Below, piece after piece: positions 9,669 through 20,000 of a stretch of 20,000 nucleotides of DNA. Source of the stretch: Cystobasidiomycetes sp. EMM_F5. Taxonomy: Eukaryota. Every line of letters starts with the position of its first letter. The stretch's first letter is position 1. The notes beneath the pieces are model-generated. The model saw nothing but the letters and a program-made list of their open reading frames with translations, was not told where the DNA came from and made no database searches. Location: the NCBI GenBank assembly GCA_051047955.1, contig JBPGPT010000021.1, forward strand, positions 294,079 through 314,078, in the 5' to 3' direction. The position numbers and the translations under genes are program-made.

Positions 9669-11450
9669 ATGCCAGTGGAGAAGACAAAATCAGGAAACAA
9701 GCGGAACAGCGTTGCTTCGGAGAAGCCAATCAATGACAAGCGGACGGGTGCTGCGCTGAAATCGGAAAGCACATTACGCGAAGATGTCAGATCAGCTGGC
9801 TTGGAAAAGGTGTATGAACGGCATGGTCGCATAGACTTAAATCCAATGCCTAGCGATGATCCGCAAGGTAAGGAAGTTGTTACGGGTTTTAATCTATTGC
9901 TTAGCCGAACTTCGTACATAGATCCCCTGAATTGGCGCCCGTGGCGCAAGAATGTCTTGCTGGTCCTGGTTTCAATTCACGCCTTGATGGGTCCTTTCGC
10001 TGCCGCAGCGACCATTCCAGCCTACACGACGTTTGCAGCAGACTTTGGTATCTCCGTTACCCAGGCGTCCTACACGACTTCCGGTAATTGTCTTCCGTCT
10101 CCTCGATATACGGAAATAAGCTGACTTAATCTATACCATAAGTCCAAATCCTCTTCCTCGGAGTCTTTCCATTGTTATGGAGTCCTGTCAGTTCAAGAAT
10201 TGGCAGAAGGCCCGTCTACCTAGCCTCGACCCTCATCTCGGCCGCTTTGGCTCTAGCGTGCGCATACTGTACTAGTTACGGCACGCTCATCGCGGTCCGC
10301 ATCCTGCAAGCAATTGCCATCAGTCCGCCTCAATCGACCGGAGCAGCCACAATAACGGAGATGTTCTTCGAGCACGAACGCGGTGCCAAGATTGGCGTGT
10401 GGGCCCTACTCGTAACTTTGGGTCCCCCGCTTGCTCCCTTGATTTTCGGATTCGTCGTTTACCATTTACGATGGCAGTGGATCTTCTACATCCTGAGCAT
10501 TATCTTCTTAGTCGAGTTCTGCGCGTATGTCGTCCTCGGCCCCGAGACGCTCTACGACAGACCACCGCGACATGGCGACGCGCAAGACGACAGAACAGTC
10601 ATCGATTCGCCAGTGGTGCCACCTTCCGCTGGACGTGAGAGTTGGCTGAAGCCTTACGTATCTTTCGCTCGTCACGATCGTACACCATGGTCTCGCTTAC
10701 CTATCGAAATCATCAGTCCGTTGAGAATGTTTATCGTTCCTACCGTTTTCCTGCCCGCTATGGCATACGCAGTCACCTTCACCTTCTCGAACGTGCTGTT
10801 GACAGTGGAGACGCCCGCTCTGCTGGGTCTCAAATATGGCTTGAACCCGCAGCAGCAAGGTTTGCAATTTATAGCATACTTGATTGGAGCCGTTACTGGA
10901 GAAGTAAGCAGAACGCCTATGTACAAACTGCTACAGCTAATAATCAAGTCGTTTGCAGCCTATCGCAGGATACGGTTCAGATGCGCTTGTCGCGTGGCGG
11001 AGCCGAAGGAGTGGTCGACGAGAACCCGAATATCGCTTACCTGTTGCACTCCCTGGCTTTATCCTCGTCTTCATCGGAATACTGGTCTTCTCTGTACAAT
11101 TAAACAACACAGCAAACGGACAATGGAGCGTGACGCCGATTGTTGGCGGCGGGATAGCCATGTTTGGATTACAGCTGATTACGACAGTCTGTCTCACATA
11201 CGCGATAGAAAGTCAGGCTCCTCTGGGACCAGTCCGCTCTCGTCAAGCTGCAATCTTTGTAACCTTCTGGCGGCAGCTATTCGCATTCACTCTGCCATTC
11301 TACGCTGTCATATCGTACGAAGAGCTTGGGTTTACGAGAGCGGGCGCATTGTATGCTTCATTATCAGCCGCAATGTCAGTCTTGATACTACTCCTGATAC
11401 CGCTAGGTCAGAGGTTCCGGAAGGCGCAGTACGATAGAGAATCCAGATAA
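9669..11450 (+). CDS. MFS transporter, drug:H+ antiporter-1 (DHA1)-like. Introns 9868-9921, 10084-10142, 10904-10958
   Basis: PMPSDDPQ|DPLNWRPWRK N-terminal motif, motif A SSRIGRRPVY, EMFFEHERGAKIG, GPETLYDR, REPEYRL, and about 12 hydrophobic segments after splicing. Confidence 0.92.
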
Positions 11451-11731
11451 ACGTTATGTCCGCTCTTTCGAAGACGACAATAATCACACTTTGTAATCGT
11501 GCCGCGGATGTGTGCGGTGCCTGAAGTTCGTCGTTTCCTATAAATCGATTGACTGAATCAGCTCAATCGACTAAAGCAATTGCAGCGGAGCATTGCCTTC
11601 CCCTGTTGACTCAAACGTTTCAAGTCATCCACAAAAGCATGCCGGCGCTTTGTGCTCCTCCTACGAGTCCACCCTCTCTTTTATCGACGTCATAAGCGAT
11701 ACGGACTCCGAGTCTCTCAAATACATCACTA

Positions 11732-13445
11732 ATGACTGCGGCAGTTGCAGAAGCATCGGAGAAGCAGTCGAAGAAGGTGGAAGATGCGACGAGCGATGTC
11801 AATCTAGTACAATGGGAAGGAGGTGATGATCCAGAGAATCCCACCAACTTTTCCCCTTTTCGCAAATGGTTCATTCTCCTAGTCATTGGCACGTCTTGCC
11901 TCAATATCACATGCGCTTCATCAATGGTCGCAAGCACGTACGCGGGCATGGAACGAGATTTTGGGATTGGTAGAGAAGTTGCCACACTTGGCTTAACGCT
12001 GTTTATCGGTGGGCTAGGTCTGGGACCACTGTTCTTAGCCCCTCTGTCAGAGTTCTACGGGCGATCTCCCATCTACTCTGCCGGTTTCTTCATTTACTTC
12101 GCTTTTTCGTTCCTCGTGGCCTTCGCCAATCTACCCGGGTTTATGGTTGGTCGCTTCATACAGGGCGTAGCTGGCTCTGCTTTTCTGAGCGTAGCCGGCG
12201 GAAGTGTAACAGATATGTGGGTTGGCACCCAGATAGGACGCCCCATGGCGGTGTACAGGTCGGTCGACCTGGACCTGATGTGATTTCACACAAGCTGACA
12301 CTGAAACCCTCCCCCACGATACAGTGCGATGCCGTTTCTAGGGCCTATTCTAGGTCCATTAATCGCTGCGCAGATCAATGCCAACGTCGATTGGCGGTGG
12401 ACTTGGTATGTCTTGATCATATGGACAGCCGTTCAGCTTGTATTATTGGTCGCCTTCGTACCGGAAACATATGCCCCGAAGCTATTGAAGATTAAAGCTG
12501 CGAAATTAAGACGTGAATCTGGCAATCAAGATCTTCACAGCTCCCAGGAACTAGTCGAGAATAATATGGATATAAGCAAGGCACGCTACGTATGGAAGAG
12601 TACTGGACGACCTTTCGAACTTCTCCTAAAGGAGCCTATGGTGTTCTTACTCTGTCTCTGGTGTGCTCTCCTTCTTGGCATATTGTACTGCTTCTTCTCG
12701 TCTTTCCCCATCATTTTTGGAAACAAGGGCTTCACCGAGGGTCAGATTGGACTGTCTTTCATTGGTATTGGGATTGGCATAATCGCGGCGACCGTATTGA
12801 ATAGCACCTACTTCTCAGCCCAATATCGTAAGACGGCCGTTAGGCTCGGCCGTAAACCGCCTCCGGAAGAACACTTGAAGAAAGGCATGTGGGCAGCGGT
12901 ACTAGGTCCGATTTCTCTGTTCTGGTCGGTGGTTGCACTCGCAAATACTTCGGAGATTAGACTAATTATTCCATCACAGGTTCGCTTGGACTTCTCAGCC
13001 CTCTGTTCACTGGATCGCGGCTGAAGTAGCGACTGTACCTTTTGGCATAGCTTTCGCCCTGGCTTTCACTGCTTCGTTCACCTATAAAGTCGGTGCGTCG
13101 AGTTCAAAGCTTTACGCGGTGCGATTCCGATTGATGTAATCTGATTTGTTGCGACAGACGCTTACCGGCCATATGCTGCTAGCGCAATGGGAGCAAACAG
13201 CTTCCTACGGTCGTCGTTTGCTGCGGCCTTCCCTCTGTTTACCGTGGCAATGGTATGTTTCGCAGCGACTAGAATGTCAAGATAGTCGGGGGTAACATTT
13301 TCGTCAGTATGAAAATCTAGGGGTGACGTGGGCTGGGACACTCATTGCCTGCCTTATTCTCCTCCTTGCGCCATGTCCTTTCCTCTTTTACAGATATGGT
13401 CCGCGGCTGCGCGCCAAAAGCAAATTTTCAGACAATGTATCGTAA
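11732..13445 (+). CDS. MFS transporter, DHA1 family (Tpo1/Flr1-like). Introns 12259-12324, 12925-12979, 13093-13157, 13253-13307
   Basis: WEGGDDPENPTNF, APLSEFYGRSPIY, GGSVTDMW, PFLGPILGP, WRWT, PETYAP, PPPEEHL, VDAYRPYAASAMGANS, YGPRLRAKSKF; stop TAA at 13443-13445. Confidence 0.95.
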
Positions 13446-13621
13446 GCTCGAGAATAACATGTTAGACCATCAGTCTCAGAAGTGTAGCATACATTAGCGA
13501 GCATCAATGCAAGAAGTTGGCCATGTACGGTGGTAGTCATATGCACAACTTGTTTCTGGGGACTTTGAACCGCTCGCATACAAAGTTCCGCGTCTGATAT
13601 GACTGCAGTCGCACGACATCC

Positions 13622-15752
13622 ATGAGTGCAGCCGCTCTAACTTATCGCATTCCTGCGACGCCGTTGATAGCTGTCGAATACCCTGGCCCTGTTGCCTCAA
13701 CGTCCCAAGCCAAGGCTGTAGCGACCCTGGGCGGTCCACAGCGCCTAAGCAGTGCGCTGGCCCGCGATGACGGCGTAGTTGAGTTGAACTTTCGCCCTGA
13801 AGATGTATACTCGCACACAATACCCGGAGTCAACATCGGAACGACGAACTTGCTCGTTCTCCGTGTAAAGAGGAGACGTTGCAGAAACCCGATAGCAACG
13901 ACCGTCGGAGATGACGCTCAAATGGCCAAGGGACTGTACATGGCTGAGATTGTTGGTCCAGTCAAGAAGGTCGTCAGATTTCGCGGTGAGCGTTCAGTCC
14001 GAAAGCCCCAAAAGGCATGATCTGATTGTTGTTCTGAAGCCATGGCGGATTTGCAGTATCACGTCCCGAAGAGCAAAACGCAGTCAGATTCCGCAGTGCA
14101 GTTGGCGAACGCTATCAAGAACATGGACAGTAGGCCCGGACATCCACTCATCAAACATTTCTCTGAATTTGTCGCACAGTCCAATTTATGCACGATTATA
14201 CGTTTCCCCCTCCGTCCGAAGATTTCGATAGTGATCTGCAATTGATCCCTCCACCTTTCTTCAGCCGTCTCACGTTGCCGCAAATATACAAGTCCGTCAC
14301 ACTCTTCACTTCGGAAAACCTCACTAGCAGCTAAAACCTCGATCTCGCCGTAGCTATCGTCAAAATCCGTTATCAACGCCTGTCACAACCATGCGCCCGG
14401 ATGGTACTGAGGTTTCAAGACTCATCAACAGAACAAAGTACAAGGGCGAAATGCTCATCTCAGTATCTTTCGACGTGCTACCGGAAAACGTGAGCTAATC
14501 TCCAGAAATCAGTGGACTTGCCACTATGGGACATTAACGAAATTTGATTTACAGATACCGAAAGGCCCGCTGAAGACGGCAGGGGCGCGTGATTCTCGGG
14601 CTGGTCTAGAATCAACTTTACTCGACAAGCTTCTTGAGGTATGCGGTCATGCTTTAGTGACCACATGGCGCCCTAATCTTCGAACGCAATACAGCTACTC
14701 CGTCAGCGTCCAGTCTGGACGCGCATGGCTTTGTTCAATCATCTTACCAAGTCTGAACGCGGTCGCATACTAAAGTATGCTTACATGAATATGGCAGGGA
14801 TTTTTATCTGACTCTTCCCAGCCACAAGATCACGCTTCCCGTTGTGTGTTATACCTTCTCGGATGGACCTTTCCGCGAAGCATGTGTGCGGTTCGGGTAC
14901 GACCCTCGCACAGACAGGGAAGCCAGATTGTAGGCTAGCAATTCCTTACGCTGGAGCGTATCTGATCCGTGTTGACAGCTATCAGCGGATACACTTCCGA
15001 AACCTTGGTAACTCCAAGATCTATCTGAAGAGGATCCCAGGTGGCAATGCCGGTAATACGGACGACCGAGACCCAGAATCGTGAGTCGTGGGATCTGGCG
15101 CCTTCAGGTGGCTCTGACTGATTCCTCCACAAGCGAAACGGTGACACACATTTTCGATGGGCAGGCGGTCCACCGCAACATTGGCAATTACCAGCTATGT
15201 GACGTTTCCGATGAATTCCTTAAAAGCTTCATTATGAGTCAGGACTTTGTACGCGAAAAATGCGAAGTGAGTGGTCTGCATCGAATCGATTCGGTAAGGT
15301 ATAAACAACCAATCTCGCAGTTTCAAGATGGATGGTGGGACAGCGAGTTTTTTGAGACGATGCGCCAGATGTTGCGGAGAAAATTCTTCGCTTTATTGGA
15401 AGACAATATTGCATTACCAGACGATGCAATGCAAGACTTTGTCGACCACCTCAACGACTACAAAGCAGCAAAGATGGCACAGACTCGCTTGGGATCTGGC
15501 GAAAGTGCAGACCAAGGGAACGCTGAGGTGAACGGTGACTGGATGGACCGGCAGGAGGCGGACTTTGCGCGTCCCATCAAAGTCACCTCTATCAAACACA
15601 AGAACAAGACACATAAGCCTAAAGCAAAGTCTGTCGTCTCCAGCTTTGCAAACCCTGATCTCGCCTCCGTGCAAGCCGGAACCTCGGCGGAAGGCACGAT
15701 AGACATGGCGCTGGGCGATGCTGTCGCGGAGGAGTTAGTGGATGAGTCTTGA
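13622..15752 (+). CDS. TFC1: RNA polymerase III transcription factor TFIIIC subunit tau95 (Tfc1/Sfc1/GTF3C5); about 10 exons
   Basis: VEYPG, LNFRPEDVYSHTI, FR|AMADLQY, LIPPPFFS, QRPVWTR, YTFSDGPFREACVRFGYDPR, YQRIHFR, HIFDG, YQLCDVSD and DGWW are all tau95 motifs, joined by short GT-AG introns. Confidence 0.92.
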
Positions 15753-16019
15753 ACGGAGCTTTGCATATCTCTGCCGAAGCGCAGTACTACGCGGCTTCCC
15801 GACATAGGAGAAGTTGCCAGTGATGATGTCATGAATGGACTCCATAATAGTGACTGAAGCTGCAGAGACCGTCGTTGTATACTATGCAGACCAGTGTTCG
15901 AAAGACGTCAAGATGCGGAATTCGCAGCAGGCCCCAACAGACTGCTCCAGTCTGTGAATCGATCATCCACTGGCAACACTCGCTCTGCTTTGACCACTGT
16001 AGTACTGGCACATTGCAAC

Positions 16020-17063
16020 ATGAACATCGATAGCAATACCTCCGCTGACCCAAGCATGTCTCAATCAACGTCACCACCGAGGTCGAGCAGCGCACCAAGG
16101 CCGTCGCTCGGACGTGAGACGTCACGACCTAAAGGGATCTTGAAGAACGCAGCAGCAGATGGTCTAGTCTCACCTTCAGTCGAGATGGATGTGCAAGCAG
16201 GAACGCAGGCTGAAGGCGTCAAATGGGACGAGGTCAATCTGTCACTCAACGACGTCAATCGCGACAGCACCATGAAGATTACCGAACCCAAGACTCCAGT
16301 TGAGTCACACTAATAATCAGTATACTGTTGCATAGAATCGTTGACAACCTTATCATTGACTTGTAGTACGTGCGGTATAATGCGGAGACGGACGAAGTCA
16401 TGGACCTAGACAAGATTCCCGGGTTTGAGCTCGGAATATCCGAGCGCGGGCAAGCAAGTGGTAGCAATAGCCACGATGGTCAAGACAGTCCCCGTCCAAC
16501 TTCAGCAGCCAGTGGCAGTGCCAGTCACAGGTCGAACGCTTCGGCCTCCTCCAGATCATCCTCGTTTTCTGGCTCTCGTCGCGGCTCGGAGAGCTCTCGA
16601 AGGAACAGCGAATCGGGAGAACGCAAAATGGTGGTCGTCGAAGCTCAAGGACCGGCTCCGGATGCGGAAGACGAAGGCGACGATGAGGCTAGTGAGTTTG
16701 AGATAGGTCTTGTTGCCATAACAGTATTGACGGAACTGCCTCTTAGCTCGTGAAGCCAAGAAATTATTCAAAAGCCGCAGAAATTCGCATTATGGAGGCG
16801 AAGGCGAAGTCATGAAGCGCTTCAGGGCGCAAGTCGCTCCTGCCGACGATGAGGATACCGATGATGAAGAGGCGAAACTAGCGGCAGCACAGGCCGCCGA
16901 GAATGCCAGCAGAAACGCAGTGTGCGACGATGACGATGATGAATTCGAGGAAGACTATACATCAAGCACAATCGAAAACACAGGTCTGAACGGCCGTTCG
17001 AATTCTGCTTCTCTGCACCCGGCTCCGCCAGTCCCGCCGCTCCTAAATGGTTATTCGCATTGA
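16020..17063 (+). CDS. GLC8: Protein phosphatase 1 inhibitor-2 (IPP-2/Glc8). Introns 16299-16366 and 16692-16746; start may be 16020 or 16056
   Basis: SILK-type motif PKGILKN, VKWDEVNL, MKITEPKTP|YVRY (conserved phospho-Thr site), C-terminal FKSRRNSHY helix motif, acidic low-complexity tracts. Confidence 0.9.
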
Positions 17064-17211
17064 AGGTCCCAGGACACTTCATAGCGAATTGGGAATTCAG
17101 CAGCATTCGTAAACGCAGACCGCTGGCCATTATGACGTTGTAAAAGGAATATTCACCTAATCATAAGTAGCTAATTGCGTTTCTAAGTTATTGGAACGAC
17201 ATAAGATGCGC

Positions 17212-18800
17212 CTATGTACTCCTGCTGGGTGGGGTGGAAGGAGAAATGCTGGATTCGTCTCCTCCCGCGTCACTGCCGCGACCGCCCTCCGAGTCATCGG
17301 GAGCGAGAGGGGTCTCTCCAGCATCATCGGCAGACGGCAAGCCCTCGGGTTTGTCTGAAGGTGTTTCCGGGTCTTCGTGCCCGCTAAGCGCATCCTTGAG
17401 CGAGGTCTTTGCAGAGCCCCTTGCTAATGGCTGAACATTGGTGTATCAGCGTATCAGCTTAGTGCAAAACAAGTCACGTTGAGACCGAAGCTTACTTTCG
17501 GCTGGGAAGCGCTGGGCTTCCACCCTATGGAGAAGATTACTTGAAATGTTGCAGGAATTGTCCCATCTGGGTTTCCGTGCAAAGCCTTGTAAATCGCATC
17601 GGCTGCAAGAAGCGTGTCTCTTTTCAGAAATGACCGCCTGATAGCGATCGCGTTACTCTCTCCCATCGCTCTCAGATCTTCAACGAGCTCAAATATCGAA
17701 GGATAGTTGATTCGTACTTCGTCAACATCGACAGCGGGTAGGTTGAAGCCAGCTCGCGACAATAGCGAGGACATCGATCTGGAGTCTGTGAAGTCATTCA
17801 GACTCACAGACTCACGGCATTCCACCAGACAAAAGTATCACAAACCTGTCATCGGCGAGACTCTGGGTGATATGCCGCCTTCACGTTCCAGTTCCGCTAA
17901 TTGAAGAGCTGTTCGGAGTTCGAACAACGTTTCTCCGCCTAGCAGAGCTCCGATGAAGACGCCATCTTCCCTGAGCGTATGCCTTATCTGGATCAATGTA
18001 CCTGGAAGCATGAGGGCAATGATGAGTTGCAGGACGATTTCATTTTGCGAGTAAGACTATCTCACCTGGCAAATCGTTGACCCAATGTAGGGCTAGATTT
18101 GACAGAACAGCATCTTGAGAATCAGGAGCAAGAGTATGGGGACTGAAATCTTCTTCCTGTATCGGTAATCTCTCGACTTCGACTGTAAACGAATAGCAAT
18201 CAATTTTTGTTCGGAACTCTCCCTACGACTAACACGCACCATCGTATTCCACATCTGCATCGCGATGCAGTAAATCTAGCATGGGAGGTTGTGAGCTGCA
18301 GGCGCTTGGAAACAAAATGCATGCCCCATTTACCAGAAGAATCGCACATGACGACCTTTGTTGTGATTTCGGAATCAAGATGCTTTACTATGTGTCCGGC
18401 TCCGGACCCGAAATCGACGACAGTCGGATATCTCTTCTTGATATCCTGAATGTTGTATTGAGCGTGTAAGCCATGGCATATCGCAGCGGATGTAGATACA
18501 TCGTATGCCTACCATCAGGCGATCGACTAGGTTGCCAGCAACCTCATCCTTAACATAATCTGTCAACCGTGAGAGCTCTTTGCTCCGCCGTATTGCTCTG
18601 TTCTTTTGTAGCTTCTTTGCATTACGGTCGAATACTGCGTATGCGGATGGATTGGGTATTGGCGACTGTCGGCTCGTGGATGCTGAAGCTTGAGATGGAC
18701 TCGTGGAGGACACGGCTGTAGCATAGTTCCGTGACGAACAGCAAACAAATCTTGCTCGAGCAGTATGACCTAGACATCGCTTCATTGGCACATCGAGCAT
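17212..18800 (-). CDS. NDUFAF5: NDUFAF5-like SAM-dependent methyltransferase-fold complex I assembly factor; multi-exon; start may be 18800 or 18785
   Basis: Mitochondrial presequence-like N-terminus, [118 protein letters not shown]; stop TAG at 17214-17212. Confidence 0.93.
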
Positions 18801-18945
18801 TTCGGGAACAGGTTGGCTAGGAACGCAGAGAGCTGCCGCCACTTCACGACGCAAGAAGATGGCTAAGACATGAAGGCTGGGTTTCGCATTTGCATTTGTC
18901 TGGACGAGAATTGAGTCACTCGCAGTACTTTAGAATAAGGCATTG

Positions 18946-20000
18946 CTAGACAATGGTTCCCGCTATCAGAAATACAAATGGCCATGACGGATGCAGCGCT
19001 TTCCACAGACTCGATCGGCAGCTTCTGCTTGCCGCACCCGTCGCCGTCGCAGTAGGAGCGGCGAGAGATGTAGCCAAAGTCCCAGCAGCTGGCGGAGTAT
19101 CGGAGATGACAGCGATGGGCGGAGATCTTGTTGCAGTAGGGAAGGGTACTGTCGTCGAATTGAATGGATCAGTCACTGGAAAGACGGGCTTTGTGGACAT
19201 CTTTGTCCAGGTTGGCAGAGTCGTCCTGCCAATATCATCTGTAATGGAGGGTATTGCCGTTCCAACGTCGTTGTTCCTGATTTAAAACCATAGTTAGTCT
19301 ATTCTGTGCTTTTTCTGATGAACAATCTGTAAGGGTACGTGCATACGCACCATATGGATGTTACGACGTTGCTGGCTTCGGCGAGAACAGAAGAGAGTGT
19401 AGGTGGATTCACTCTGAATATGTTTCGAAGTTTAAAGAAAGAATTCGGGCGTAGAACGATCATGGATTTGCTCACGTTGCATTTGCTGTCAGAGACGGAG
19501 CGACCGATGTAGCGTTCGACGTAGTATTCCTCGACATTGGGCTCAGTGACAGTGAAGAAGATGTTGCTGACGCCGGCGCCAATGAAACCGAAGTCGTACC
19601 ATTAATGACAAGCTGAGTCCCGTTGGCAAGGGCACAGAATTTGTCGGCCGCGACTTGCAGAGGCAGCCATTCTCGACAGTACGTTCCAATAGCCCAGCAA
19701 TCAGCCATCTGTTGACTGGAAGACAGTAGGAGTCAGTCAGGATCTCGGAGAGCGGTAGGCAGTGAGCGGGGAGTAGGAGTTGCTACATACTACATCGTGC
19801 AATAATAAGCTGCCTCTTGAACGGCGACTAATCCTGTTGGTGCTGCTGGGGGGATGGAACTGTTTCGAGGACGAGTTAGCCATGAGTTGTGAGGCCAAAT
19901 TTGACCGAAGCAACTCACACATAGCTTCCTAGACAGCGTCTGAGATCTGACCCGGGTTCGAGGTAGCATCCCGTGGTGTCAGTAGACTGGGCGCGCACAG
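18946..20000 (-). CDS. Secreted, probably GPI-anchored Ser/Thr-rich cell-surface protein with an N-terminal 6-Cys domain; start lies beyond the window
   Basis: Spliced product ...VRAQSTDTTGCYLEPGSDLRRCLGSY|VSIPP...AYYCTM|YQQMADCWAIGTYCREW...DKFCALANG, then a S/T/P-rich stalk with N-glycosylation sequons and a hydrophobic C-terminus (TGAASR...SWPFVFLIAGTIV*). Confidence 0.7.

Noticed and set aside
10904..11437. Apparent frameshift between the 421-aa and 165-aa MFS ORFs
   Set aside because: Explained by a canonical 55-nt intron (10904-10958), not by recoding or pseudogenisation.
1..20000. CRISPR arrays, transposons, tRNA/rRNA genes, prokaryotic operons
   Set aside because: No repeat-spacer arrays, transposase/RT ORFs or tRNA/rRNA signatures seen; the sequence is eukaryotic and nearly fully accounted for by spliced genes.

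Overview
Gene-dense, intron-rich eukaryotic DNA with short (about 50-80 nt) GT-AG introns, CTRAY-like branch points and short intergenic gaps. It looks like a compact basidiomycete fungal genome; a Mixia-like Pucciniomycotina is my guess, not verified. Reading splice sites by eye gives 13 protein-coding genes: NPC1/NCR1 sterol transporter (partial), a degenerate alpha/beta-hydrolase-like protein, an NDUFA4/MLRQ subunit missed by the ORF track, an intronless F-box/LRR-like protein, an orphan, a TLC-like membrane protein, LYRM5/ETFRF1, two tandem DHA1 MFS transporters, TFIIIC tau95 (Tfc1), PP1 inhibitor-2 (Glc8), NDUFAF5 and a partial GPI-anchored Cys/Ser/Thr-rich protein. The most unusual element is a 320-nt intron in the NDUFA4 gene, about 4-6 times the local intron size. 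It holds a nested multi-hairpin structure with GNRA loops, an H-box-like and an ACA motif and a long-range closing stem: a candidate intronic ncRNA or splicing-regulatory RNA. All homology calls come from recalled motifs, not database searches.
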